Assembly (NCBI RefSeq): GCF_004010195.1
Contig: NC_057719.1
Location: forward strand, 18,745,159 to 18,809,158
From: Chiloscyllium plagiosum
Taxonomy: Eukaryota
Direction: 5' to 3'
DNA length: 64,000 bases
Part shown: in pieces, positions 48,244-60,588 of the stretch
Layout: every line of letters starts with the position of its first letter
How positions within the stretch are numbered: the stretch's first letter is position 1
Position numbers and translations under genes: made by a program
The notes under the pieces: model-generated
Told to the model about the DNA's origin: nothing
Databases searched by the model: none
The model's input: the letters and a program-made list of their open reading frames with translations, nothing else

Positions 48244-49729
48244 TTGTCAGGATTTCTGGAGCTTTTTTTTAGAAAGCTGTAGGAGAGAAATAATTCCTGG
48301 AGTATTAGATTTTTACATTTTATTAGATTTTATTGTCATGTGTACCTGAGTAGAAGATTAGAGGACTACAGTGGAAAGTGTACAGTGTTGCCACTCTCCA
48401 ACATCATTTTAGAGTACAGTAGTTAGAATTAAAAATAACAGCTGAAATTAGAAAAAAAAACAAAAGGAAAAGAAAATGTCTAGATCACCTTCGATGCCAC
48501 CATGAGCCTTGAAGTGGTCTCATTATCACTACCTGCACTGGATGCCAATGCTGTAGTACAATCATCGCTGCAACAATCATTTCGCCACTTACAATGCCAC
48601 CACCTCAGATCCTGCATCTTGCCGCCACCCGCGACTGACGCACCAACATCGGAGTCATCATGCTCTGGCATCATCACTCACCACTGGGCCCGCCTTGCCA
48701 ATGTCACCACCATCTTGGAATCAATTGAAATCTGACCTGAACAAATGGGAGAATGAAACCTTTTGAACCAGTGCTGACATCAGCGTGACTTTCGATGCTG
48801 ACACCACCACCTCGAGTCCTCCGCTGGGCCCCTCCAATTTTGAGTTGGCACGCTCTGGTACCATCTCTCGCCAATGGGCCCATGTTCACTGCCATCGTCG
48901 ATGCTGCCATTTCTGCCGCAGGCGAGCTCCCCAAGGGCAAAAGACAGGAGAAAACTGTAAAAGAAAAGAAAAGTAGCATGTAAAGAAAAGAGAAGTGGAT
49001 AGAAAAAAGCAGTGAACAAGCAGGGGCAGCTGCCACCTTGCAATTACGTGGCTAAAGAAGCTATGAGAGTTGGTTTGTATTGGGGGAGTTTTTATAAGCA
49101 AACAGTATTATCAGTAACGTACAACAGGTTTTGAAATTGAGGCTTGAGATTGAGATATTTGGTATATCCATAGCTTAGAAAGGCTTTTGGTATCAGCTTG
49201 CAGAGGTCCTGGTAGGTGCTATTTGTATAAAACAGCTTCTTTAAGGAAGCAAGATAGTTCATAACTGTTAGGAAATCAGTTATCTCAGTATTTAGTTTGA
49301 AAGTTCCAGACCTGCAATGTTTGGTTTGAACCCGAAAGGGGTTATTTGAATCTGAGAAAATATAAGCTCAGTTGTTCAATTACTCAAGGGAAGAGGCTAT
49401 CAAACTTTTCAGACCAGGAGTTGGGAGTTGCAGTTGTGTTATCTACAGATGCGATAGAGAAAGAATACCCCTTGAAGTTTAAATACTATAAAGGGATGTG
49501 GTTGTGATTTTGGGATATTATATATTACTGTATATTTTGAAACTTACGAAATTGTGTAATGTGTAAATAGCTTAGTTTGATCTATTTATGTTCATTTATT
49601 TTGTGTAATTTTTGTTTTGTTTTATATTTAAAACCAAATCTGCATCATTATGTGCTTGTGTTTCAATGAAAGAGCACTTCATTATATTAATAAAAAACAC
49701 GCCAGATTACTGGCTTGAAATCCACAAAG

Positions 49730-50223
49730 TTAGATTCAATTCTTAGATTACTTACAGTGTGGAAACAGACCCTTTGGCCCAACAAGTCCACACCAGCCCG
49801 CAACCCACCCAGACCCATTCCCCTACATTTACCCTGTCACCTAACACTTAAGGCAATTTAGCATGGCCAATTCACGTTCCCTAGATGCTGCCTGACCTGC
49901 TGTGCTGTTCCAGCAATAAAGTTTCAGCTTTGATCTCCAGCGTCTGCAGACCTCACTTTCTCCAACAAGTCCACACCAGCCCGCAACCCACCCAGACCCA
50001 TTCCCCTACATTTACTCCGTCACCTAACACTTAAGGCAATTTAGCATGGCCAATTCACCTAACCTGCACATTTTTGGACTGTGGGAGGAAACCAGAGCAA
50101 ACCCACGCAGACACAGGGAGAATGTGCAAACTCCACACAGAGAGTCACCTGAGGCGAGAATTGAACGTGGGTCTCTGGCGCTGTGAAGCAGCAGTGCTAA
50201 CCACTGTGCCACCATGCCGCCCA
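49730..50223 (-). mobile_element. HE1 SINE with internal 97-bp duplication flanking a Penelope-tail insert
   Basis: HE1 homology; direct repeats at 49779-49875 and 49962-50058. Confidence 0.9.
49876..49961 (+). mobile_element. 86-bp Penelope 3' tail fragment (family A-like)
   Basis: GATGCTGCCTGACCTGCTGTGCTGTTCCAGC...GATCTCCAGCGTCTGCAGACCTCACTTTCT resembles 12187-12268 and 45275-45349. Confidence 0.8.
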
Positions 50224-50224
50224 G

Positions 50225-50780
50225 CTAGATCTGACTTATTCAGTAACAACACCAGAACTTTCACAATTCTGAAGTAGAGAATTTCAAATATTCACTCCCC
50301 TCTGAGTAAAGAAATTCCTCCTCTTCTCAGTCTTACATGGCCTGCCTGTCATCTTGAGATCACGTTCCCTGGTTCTGGAGTTACCAACCAGGGAAAGCAT
50401 CCTTTCTACACCCGCCTTGTCACACCCATTAAGAATTTTCTAAGTTTCAGTGAGATCATCTCACATTTTTTGAATCTTCAGAGAATACTAATCAAGTTTC
50501 CTCTAATCTCCTGGTAAAACAATCCTGCCATCCCTGGGATTAATCTAGTGAACATCCATTTCACTCCCTCTATCCTTTCTTAGATAAGGAGACCAAAACT
50601 ACTCACTGTACTCCAGGTCACACCAAGGCTCTATGCATTAATGACATCTTACATCTATTCTCAAATGCGCTTGAAATGAAGGCCAAAGTACCACTTTCCT
50701 CTTTATTTGGCTCTTACACCTGCATGTGTGTAGTGACTCATGGGCAAGGATACACAGATGCCTTTTGACACTGTACTTCC
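50225..50780 (-). mobile_element. Old CR1 3' fragment
   Basis: Colinear with 10780-10970 and 12275-12500 (e.g. GGAGACCAAAACTACTCA). Confidence 0.65.
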
Positions 50781-51111
50781 TAACATCTCAATATGCAATA
50801 AATCATAATTGCACCTTCAAATATATTAGGTATGATTAATCATGTACAATTATAATATACTCCAGCTTGGCTCAGTTTTCAGTTCCTAAAAAGGACTAAT
50901 GACAAAATTTAAAGCTCAATAAAAATGTGTCAAAGAGACAAAGCTTCAGCAAGAACCAATAAGACTGTATTTCATGGTTCTATAATAGAATCTATAGCAT
51001 TTGTTTTACAAACTCCTATAACTCATGCTTCATTGCTTTGAAATTTGCAAAATGGACAAGAATCTTTGGTACACTATTCCTACTACAATCAGGTTAAGAC
51101 TTTTTTTCCCC

Positions 51112-51335
51112 AAAACAAAAGCTGAAAAAGCTGTGGCTGCTGGAAATCAGAAACAAAAACATAAATTGCTGGAAAAGCTCAGCAGGTCTGGCAGCACAAG
51201 TGGAGATGCATCAGAGTTAATGTTTCGGGTCTACTGACCATTCCTCTGAGTCTGGTCGCTGGACCTGAAACATTAACACTGATTTCTCTCCACAGGTCCT
51301 GCCAGACTTGCTGTTTTCCAATAATTTCTGTCTTT
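51112..51335 (-). mobile_element. Fold-back short element (family C)
   Basis: AAATTGCTGGAAAAGCTCAGCAGGTCTGGCAGCA...GTTAATGTTTCGGGTC / GACCTGAAACATTAAC...TGCCAGACTTGCTG inverted arms. Confidence 0.7.
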
Positions 51336-51761
51336 GTTTGTAAATATCATATACCATAGTCCATGACACAACTCAGAGAGCATGGAGATATTAATGGCTT
51401 GAAAAGCCCATGTGCCAACTAGTGAATAGGAAACATTTTCAGAGTTCAGGTTTGTAGAGAATGTTGATGAAATAATAGAAAAGAAATAGGGTTGGTTCCT
51501 CATGAGACAACAACAGAAACTTGAATTTGTGGGGCACTACCACCAGCTAAATGGACAGACCATCTCACAGTGTAGCAACTCACCATAGATTTTCAACAGC
51601 ACCTTCAAAACTCAAAACCTCTACGGGTTTGAAGGATAAGGCCAACAGATATGTGGGAGCACCGACCACCTGCAACTTCCCCTCTAAGCCACATCCTGTC
51701 TTGGATATATCGCTGTTCTTTCAGAGTAGCTGGCTTAAAATTGTTAAACTTTCTTCATACT

Positions 51762-52077
51762 AGGCAGCACGGTGGCTAGCACTGCTGCCTCACAGTGCCA
51801 GAGACCCGGGTTCAATTCCCGCCTCAGGCGACTGACTGTGTGAAGTTTGCACATTCTCCCCGGGTCTGCGTGGGTTTCCTCCGGATGCTCCGGTTTCCTC
51901 CCACAGTCCAAAAAAAATGTGCAGGTCAGGTGAATTGGCCATGCTAAGTTGCCTGCAGTGTTAGGTGCAGGGGTAAATGTAGGGGAATGGGTCTGGGTGG
52001 GTGCGCTGCAGCGGGTTGGTGTGGACTTGTTGGGCCGAAAGGCCTGTTTCCACACTGTAAGTAATCCAAAAAAAAAG
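51762..52077 (+). mobile_element. HE1 SINE nested in an old CR1 subfamily B 3' end (~51570-52200)
   Basis: B box GGTTCAATTCC, central domain, tail TGTAAGTAATCCAAAAAAAAA; flanks resemble 42530-42830. Confidence 0.92.
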
Positions 52078-52647
52078 TGGTACACTGTACTCAAAAGCCT
52101 GCAGCAGGTTAAGAAGGCAGCTGACCACCACCTTCTCCAGAGTAATTAGGGATTGGCCACAAAATTTGGCTCAGCCAAAATAAAAGTAATCCCAGAGTGA
52201 CAGAAGCCATGCTGCAGGCATCTACAGAGAACGTAGACCACAGGAGTGATGACATGGTGCCAAGTGAGACAGGAAGATATGAGATGTCTGTGGTCACAGA
52301 CATCAAACCTCCAGTGTCTGAACCCAAGGCTCTGACATAAGAAATTTATTGATTGCATGTGGGAGCTCAAAATCAGTGAATGTGCTATCACACTACAGTC
52401 CCTCTAAATCATCCTGCTACTAGGTAGAACTCTGTAGTTGGTGCATTGCAAAAAATTTCTGGAAATGGATATGAAAACATCCTCAATTCACAAGCAAGGA
52501 GCGACCCTCTGGGCGCATGGCCACACAGCTTAAAGGAAACTTTGCTTCAAACAACATCTACTACCTTCCACACTACATCTCATATTGTTCAACAGACAAC
52601 CCTTCACGCACTAAGCTTCATTCCCTGGTACTCCACACTTCTTCAGT

Positions 52648-53016
52648 ACCTCATAGAGGTTTATAAAATCATGAGGGGCATGAACAGAATAACTAGTCTT
52701 TTCCCTGGAGCAGGGGAGCCCAGAACTAAAGGGCATAGGTTTAAGGTGAGAGGGGAAAGATACAAAAGAGACCTAAGGGGCAACTTTTTCACGCAGAGGG
52801 TGGTGCGTGTATGGAATGAGCTGTCAGAGGAAATGGTGGAGGCCAGTACAATTGCAACTTTAAAAGGCATCTGGATGGGTGTATGAATAGGAAGGGTTTA
52901 GAGGGATATGGGCTAGGTGTTGGCAACTGGGTTTAGATTAGTTTGGGATATCTGGTCAGCATGGACGAGTTGGACCAAAGGGTCTGTTTCCATGCTATAC
53001 ATCTCTATGACTCTAT
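52648..53016 (+). mobile_element. HER1-like CR1 3' end
   Basis: LIEVYKIMRGM...NFFTQRVVRVWNEL; CTCTATGACTCTATG tail. Confidence 0.92.
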
Positions 53017-54892
53017 GAAATCAGCTTTGACAGGTACATCACCCAAGCACACTAATATACATCACTGTTTTCTTTCTGTTGATTGCCTAGATAGGGCAGC
53101 ACAGTGGAGACTGGCGAATGGGAATTTTCACTGAGATTGTAAATGTATTGGCTAGTTCCCACAGTTAGCTTCCTGTCACTATGGAGGGGCATGGAGCAGT
53201 TCCACCCCAACTTGCTGGAGGACAGAGTGTAGTGCTTGCCCTCTCTGCGGCCTCTGCTGCATTTTTGGCATCATTCAGCACACCCAGAGGCTTTGCTGCT
53301 GCAGCCTCTTTGGGGAAGGTCACTAACCTTTCTGTCTTCCCTATGACCATGGGCTCACACTCTCTGTCAAATCAAAGAATTCAGCACAAAGCCTCCCAAA
53401 ACAAGTCAGTATACCTCCAGATATTTTGAAACAGAAAAAGTTATAAAAAATTACCTCAACTGCAAGTTGCTTAGTCCCTTCTATGAGATTAAACTAGCAG
53501 TGAACGCCTGATCCACAGATGAACAATGAAGACGCTGCCGACACATGCATAGCCAAGTTTGGATGCTGTCGTCATGTATTGGTTTTGTGGCCTCAGGATG
53601 GTGCCAAATCAAGCACAGTTTGACACAGACAGTGAACTTACCTGTTTGTACCTATCTCCTATAGTACTGCCATTATAATTATATTATAATTAATGTAATA
53701 TTGAATATTACATTACATTGAAGAAAATTGGCCTAAGCCCAATCTTATTTTACACAGTGAGTATACAGTCTGGGATCCTAATCATGACATTACCCGGCTC
53801 TGGCTAACTGCTCCACATGTAAGTCTCAGTAATTTGAAGCCAAGTTTGGAAAGAAGTTTTTTTTTCACTTTCTTCTTTGTTGTACATTCTGGAATTCATT
53901 GCAATTCAATGCATTGAGATTATATGTCTATATCCCATTGTAAAGATTTGGAGGAGGGGACAACCCCGTTCTCGCGAAGCTTCATTCCCTGGCCCGCCAC
54001 ACATCTCCAGCAATTCAGGTTTAACAGGCACATCACCCAAACATATTCTTGTTTGACTTCCTCGTTCAGAATGGTACCATTCTAGGTATCACAGCATGTA
54101 CCCCAGCAAATAAAGCAAGCTGGCAGGGTTTTGACACACAACAGTTCGATCCATAACCATGTAATTATAATGGTGATATATCTCTCTGTGAGAGTCAGGC
54201 TCATTGTATAAGCCACCTAAACACAGTACTGAATCATCACTATTGAATCATAAGTTTTTACCAATATTAAGCAGCTGGGTGGAATTTAGTGCCCTCTGAC
54301 ATGACTGCTTCAGGACAGGCATTTAATTATTTGGGAGGATGGCATTCATTGTCCATTTCCATCCCAGTTGAGTGCTTGGTGAAAGCTTGTGAATGGTCTT
54401 CATTCCCCACCACCAACCGAGACCCTCAGGCTGACGATTAATGGACAAGTTAAGGACCTTGTGCTGCCACCGCTGGTATTAACCCTTTAGTGCAAGGGAA
54501 GGATTGTCTTGAAAGGAGCACAACTAGCAAATCTATGTGCTGTTGTTTATCTGCCGCAGCACCGGGGGCACAAGTGGGGAGCTGCGAGCCACAATTTGCC
54601 GCTAAGGCCCCTCCCTAACCTCTGCAACCTCAGTCTGTGAGCAATATGAGTGTTTGGGACCCAGTGACAAATCTAGCCCTCATGTGTGTGAAAGACAGAC
54701 AGCAGTCACCATCTCCATGAGCTCTCTGATACGCTGCCAGCTCTCAGCAAGTGAGACCTTCATCCATGCCTCCAACCAGAGTCCTTTATCTTAAGGTAAG
54801 TCCTGAGTGCTCTTAGCTCAACTGGTATTCCCTAAAAGTGGTAACACTGGACTCTCATGAGTTTTGTATTGGCAAGCAAGACCTGAATTTGA

Positions 54893-55050
54893 GGGTTGGT
54901 TAGCTCAGTTGGCTGGCCAATCAGTTCATGACACAGAGTGATCCCAACAGCGTGGGTTCAATTCCTTCACTGGAAATGGTTACCATGAAGGACTCTCCCT
55001 CACTTTAGGTTAAACCATCACCAGTCACTCAGAAGAGAAGTCCTATGGTA
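54893..55050 (+). mobile_element. tRNA-derived SINE, old, internally deleted
   Basis: A box TAGCTCAGTTGG, B box GGTTCAATTCC; same family as 7675-8046. Confidence 0.65.
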
Positions 55051-55270
55051 TGTTGCCTCCAATAAATATATGATCTGTTGGTTATATTGTTATTCCATGG
55101 TGTCACTCATGATTGATTACCATTAGTATAACATCATGCTGAATTACATTGTCTAAGTTTCCATTGAATTATATGCTCACAATACTTGAAATGACAAGCA
55201 AATACTCTGCTGTCAAATGGGCCCACTCTATATTTTATTAGTGCTATTCAATTGTATATGTCATTCCCCC

Positions 55271-56763
55271 TGAAATAACTGCATAGAGGTTGGTATCCTG
55301 TCACCAACTCACCCTTTATTTACAAGTGGAGAGTCCTTGACGCTGACCCAGCTCGCTCAGAGCCAGCTCTCAGAGTGAACAGGATGTCTATCACTTCTGT
55401 TTATTTTTTTTTATTTTTTTTTCCCCAGCACCCATGTTGTGTGTGTGTAGGTGTGAGACACAGTGAAAGACACAAAGTGCATGAATCTTTATTCAATTTC
55501 CACCTCCAGGAAGATAGGAAACACCCGGGTGGCCAGTGACAAGCACTGCCCTTCACATCAAAGAGCAATGCTTTGTGATCAAAACAGTGAAGGGGAGGGT
55601 AGGGACTAAATCAAAATAGAGTTGGAGGGGGAAATAATGCACTCCGCTCCCTGCGGCGCCCACCTCTCCCTGAACAACTCCAGGGTGTTGGTGGACACCA
55701 CATGCTCCTTCTCCAAGGACACCCGGGCCCGAACGTAACCACGGAAGAGGGGCAGGCAGTCGGCCCTAAAGACCCTCTCCATGGCCTGCTGCCTGGACCT
55801 GTTGATGGCCAGTTTGGCCAGGCCCAGGAGCAGACCCACGAGGATGTCTTCAGACCTGCCCTCCCTCCTCCGTACCGTCACTTCTGTTTATAGCTGTCAG
55901 GCAGGGCTGCTGATTGGACCAGATTAACAGCCCCAATCAAGGAATCCATATTGTATGAGGTTCACCTGGTTGACCTCATTGCAATCACCACATTCCTCCC
56001 TCACCGAGTCCGAGAATATAGACCTGTTGTTTTTATTGTAGCTCCTTCTGGCGCATTTTAGCACTGGGTCATGTTCCTCTGACTCTGACTCTTTTACAAG
56101 CAGCGTGTAACACACAGTAGCTTGTCTCTTGTGCCTGGAGCATCGCGGAAGAAATTTATTCTCTTCTTCAGGCAGCAAAGGCATTGAGGCAGTGACATCC
56201 GCTGTGTCTATCTCAGATTCCAAGGTATCTTTAACACTTAGTGGAAAGGGAGAACCCACATGTTTCAGAACAGTCGGAAGGGCTGTCGAGGAGCTGGGCA
56301 CATTTTGCTCCAGTGAGTTTGTAGTTTTCATATGGTCAATGTGCTTGTTCAATGTCATTTGCCCAGAAAAAATAACCCATTCTTCCCACACACTGGGCCC
56401 AATCTTCAATGGCAGGATTGAATGAGTCAAGCTTCCCAAATAACGTCATGATGCCTGAAATGCTTAGCTCAAGTCAAAGACAACTGTTGCGAGCAAATTC
56501 CTTCAGGAGTGTGCTTTTCTCTTGTTGGCACCAAAATAATTCCACAGAAGCCAGTACCTTGTCACCAAGTCACAGTTTATTTACATGTGGAGAGCTCTTG
56601 ACACTGATCCAGCTCCCTCAGAGCCAGCTGTCTGAGCGAGATGGCTGATATTCCTGTTCTTAACTGTCTGCCAGAGCTCCCTGATTGGACCAGCTTAACA
56701 GCCCCAGTTAGAGAACTCATATTTTATGAGGTCCACTTGGCTGACATCATTACAATCACTACT
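55271..56763 (-). mobile_element. Internally deleted (TRIM-like) Gypsy LTR retrotransposon
   Basis: Two ~230-bp LTRs: 56534-56763, and 55271-55992 minus the Tx1 insert. PBS-like TGGTGCCAACAAGAG follows the 5' LTR; PPT GAGGGAGGAA (56002-55993). Gag start MTLFGKLDSFNPAIEDWAQCVGRMGYFFWANDI from 56449 is joined to the pol C-terminus LNKHIDHMK...LPRCSRHKR. Confidence 0.85.
55405..55877 (-). mobile_element. Tx1-clade LINE 3' end inserted in the Gypsy 3' LTR
   Basis: ORF2 C-terminus LLLGLAKLAINRSRQ...DCLPLFRGYVRARVSLEKE...FRERWAPQG; minus-strand AATAAA and poly(A); perfect 14-bp TSD TCACTTCTGTTTAT (55391-55404, 55878-55891). Confidence 0.85.
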
Positions 56764-58214
56764 CCCACCAAGTTCATTTGACTTGTCTGAGAGTCAGTCT
56801 GTCCCAAGGGGTTAATCTTTGTGGTACTGCACTCACCTCTGAGGGTTGGTGCATTGACATTCAATCCAGCTGCCTTTCATTGTTAGCTCTGTTTGTGCAG
56901 ATTTTATTATTCCTGTTTCCTCACAAATGTGTTGCTGCCAGAACTCAAGGTCAGAATATTACAAAGGTTCATCTCAGCAAGTCATCACTGTACAGCTACA
57001 CAACAAAAAAAAGACCAAACATTTATAGTCAGTTAATCAATCAGTCCTATTTGAATAATTGTCCCCGTTTGATTTGTCTTTTCTTCTGATTCCCTGCCAT
57101 CTTCCACCATTGTTTCCCACCCACAAAGAGCCTGAGACTTCTGCTGTGCACAAAGGACCAAACTTTTTTTTTTACCATTTCTATACCTTTTTGTTACACA
57201 AGAACGATCAATTAATTGCTTAAATAGATACTTTTCATTTTTGCTAAAATAATTAGCTGTTCGGGGAGGGAAAGAAAGAAGAAAAAAAACTTCATTTCAA
57301 AATGTCAAGCTCAGCTACACAGGTTACAAGGTCAAATCTCAGAAAGGAAATGAAATGACTCCAAACTGTAAGCGCATTTTAATTATTCTGATCCTTCCCA
57401 ACTCACTTGCGATGTTATTTCGAGACCGCAATCTAGCGATTATTTAATTAATTTATTATGAGGAACCATTGGGCTATAACAAACAATTCAGCCATTTTAG
57501 CAAAGGGCAAACTTCCATCTATGCACAATTCCCAAGTTTGTCCCAAACTTGGAAAGACAACGTAAAAGATCCTCTGTCTCTGCAACTGACTGTATCCTGA
57601 ATCCCAAACTTTTAATGGGATTAATTTATTCAGCACTTTCCTAACTATTCCCATTCTTCTCTTTTGAGTTCTGTTTAGCTTTGAGCTTTATTGCATAACA
57701 ATTATTGACAGTGCATGACCACAAGCTAAGTAGATGTTTAAAAGGACCTGCCAGTCAGGCTGTTATTGTGCCCACCATCCTGGATGATACATTGAGGGGA
57801 ATGGATTAACACTGGTGTTGACTAATCAAAGTAAGGTATCAGTCCAACAGTGAACGCATTTGAATAAGCATATCACCACTGTATTGCATGGTAATGAACA
57901 TCTACAATATGGATTTCTTCCAAACATGATATATTTTGGCCTACATTATGAATTTTGCCAACTACAATCATACTTTATTACTTATTTCAATATGGTCTCA
58001 AATCTTTTATTAATTCACTGACATAGGAGCCCCAGCATTATTTTTGGAGATATGTGCGGACAATGATTAAACCTGATGCCATGACATTAGTCTGCCAGCT
58101 TCATTAATACCCAGATGCTCCTATCAAAGTGTTTTGTTAAAATAGTGGTTTGAGGAATCTCACCCAAGTGCACTTTGTGTTCAGCCACTAACTTTGTCAA
58201 TTATAATGCCCCAT

Positions 58215-58603
58215 CTACAGAATCAATCTCCCATCTATAGAATCCATCTACCAGGCCCGCTGTCAAGGAAAGGCCACCCACATTCTCAAAGATCCATCCC
58301 ACCCTGGCAATGCTTTTCTACAACCTCTACCATTGGGGAGAAGATACAGAAGCCTGAACACATGCACCAGCTGTTTTCAAAACAGTTTCTACCCTACTGT
58401 TGTTAGAGTACTGAGGACTCACAAACTCTTAGCATTCACCTGTACCTGTGTTTTTGTTTTTGCTGCTGTTTACCTATTATTTCTTATCTATGCTACTTAA
58501 CTCTGTGATCTGCCTGCATTGCTCGCAAGGCAAAGCTTTTCACTGTGTCTTGGTACACTTGACAATAAATAAATTCAATTCAATTCAAATCAATTAAATT
58601 CAA
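58215..58603 (+). mobile_element. Rex1/Babar-clade LINE 3' end
   Basis: LPSIESIYQARCQGKATHILKDPSHPGNAFLQPLPLGRRYRSLNTCTSCFQNSFYPTVVRVL; AATAAA followed by an (ATTCA)n tail. Confidence 0.85.
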
Positions 58604-59784
58604 GGCCTGGGTGTGGCTGCCCAGCAGATGCACAGTAGAAAACCAACTGATTAATGTTTTGACATTAATGAAGCGAAACAAAGTTTTGCTTTCAAATTCT
58701 TCAAGAATCACTGACATTACTTAAACCTAACTGATATTACCTGTCCACATCCATATCAAACCATACATTTGGCCAATCATGATATAGGAAACGAGCCATT
58801 GCCTTGGGCAAAATTATATATTATTTATACAAACATTTCAATAGACAGACATGTTATGATGTGGGGTGCAAAAGTGACAATGTATCACAAAAGATACCTC
58901 TTCAATTTTTTTGAAGTATAAACCAATTCATTCACTGTTATCTGTTATTCAAAGCAAGTTCGAGATCACTATTCTCAAAACACTTTCTTTGATGAAGTGC
59001 AAGCATAACTAATGCAATGCCAAAGGTCTATAATATTCACTCAATCCCCTACCATGTGATTTAGATTTTTAAAGAAAGGCTTATCAGAACTTGAATTTTG
59101 AAATGAATGATTAAAATAGAATGAGTAAAGTCGCACATTTAAATGGTTGCAATCGGAAGGTAGATGAAATGTGCTCTGAGCTTATCCTGGTATAGATTTG
59201 AGAAGGGTTTGTATTTTCTATCAGCATCACTGTGTACTTGTTATTCTACCGAAAATTGTGGGCACTCTAAGTGAGAGTTGGAAATAGTCTGCAGCAACGT
59301 TTTTGCCACCATGCACCCTAACTTAATAAGTAGGAAATGAGGTGTATGATTCTGTGAAAGATAAAGAGCCTCAAAGTTGCAGATCAACACATTTTGAGAC
59401 AACTATATTTTTCTCACTATATCAGCTGAGGGCAGTAATGGGTGGCAATGCAAGCAGTAAAATCAGCAAATGATACAGATGTTGCAGATTTCAGTAAAAT
59501 GCACATCTGATAAAAAGATGCTTATTCAATTACTTGGAACACTGAAAACCACAGTCAACAGTTGTCTGCCTTCATCCCTTCAGCCCAGCTGGCTGTATAT
59601 AGCGTAACTCTTTCCAAATATTGCCTATACCTAAACAAATATCAGCTCCTTATTTGCACTTTGTATCTCAAAGTAAACTTTCTAGCAACTAATGAATATC
59701 ATTTTGCAATACTTATGTCAAAACTGATGACATTCTATATTATTCCAAACTGGATTATATGACCCAGTGTATTGAAAGACAAAC

Positions 59785-60405
59785 AAGAACAATGCACAGG
59801 AACAAGCCCTACAACCCACTGCATTGACACATGATGCCTTTCTAAACTAAAAATATTTTGCCACTATGTAGTTCATATCCCTTTCTTCACTGTCTATTCA
59901 TATATCTGTCACGATGCCTCTGAAATGTTGTTATTGCATCTACCTTCATCATCTCCTCTGGCAGCACATTCCAGACACTTACTAGCTTTTATGTAAAAAC
60001 CTTGTCTCCCACATCTCCTTTAATCTTACCCCCTGTTACCTTACCCTACGTCCCTTCATAATTAACATTTCTACCTGGGAAAAAGACTCTGATGATTAAT
60101 TTTATCCATACGACTCATAACTTTGTAAACCTGTATCAGGTTGCCCTCATCCTTCCACATACAATTGAAAACAAACCAGGTTTGTCCATCCTCTCCTCAT
60201 AGCCAATACTGCTGCAACACGACTTGCCAATGTTTATATTCTATGCCCGATCGATGAAGGCAAACATACCATTTGCCTTCTTGACCCCTTATTCACTGGA
60301 GTAGCCACCATCAGGGAATCGTCTAGCTCCCTCTGTTTGTTGATAGTTCTGCCATTTACTGTATACTCTTGCATTAGATCTACCAAAAAGCAGCACTTCA
60401 CACCT
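59785..60405 (-). mobile_element. Old CR1 3' fragment
   Basis: Colinear with 33530-34300 (RCEVLLFGRSN). Confidence 0.75.
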
Positions 60406-60588
60406 TGCTCTGGTGATCAGATATTTTAACTGTTCTGTAGCTTTCAAGGTTACAAAGTCTACTGTTGGCAATTGGAACCCTTGGCTTATGAGGTGTTAAC
60501 AAGCAAAGAATTGTAGGTGCTTGTAAATTTCCAGCTCTAGGACATAAAAAACTAACATGACATTTTGACAAATAACATCTGAAGTTAG

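Noticed and set aside
52446..52886. 146-aa ORF that looks like a host-LINE fusion
   Set aside because: Chance open frame in flanking DNA reading into a 5'-truncated CR1; non-ATG start and no promoter or splice evidence.
53165..53350. Ala-rich minus-strand ORF (KEAAAAKPLGVLNDAKNAAEAAERA) with nearby splice-like sites (donor CAG|GTAAGT at ~53641)
   Set aside because: No recognisable homology or consistent exon structure; RNA-seq or BLASTX support would be needed.
53691..53715. Perfect 12-bp inverted repeat TAATGTAATATT-G-AATATTACATTA
   Set aside because: Low-complexity AT-rich context; likely a local template-switch or slippage product with no evidence of function.
54893..54965. tRNA-like A and B boxes (also in all HE1 heads)
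   Set aside because: SINE heads; no complete cloverleaf or acceptor stem, so not called as tRNA genes.
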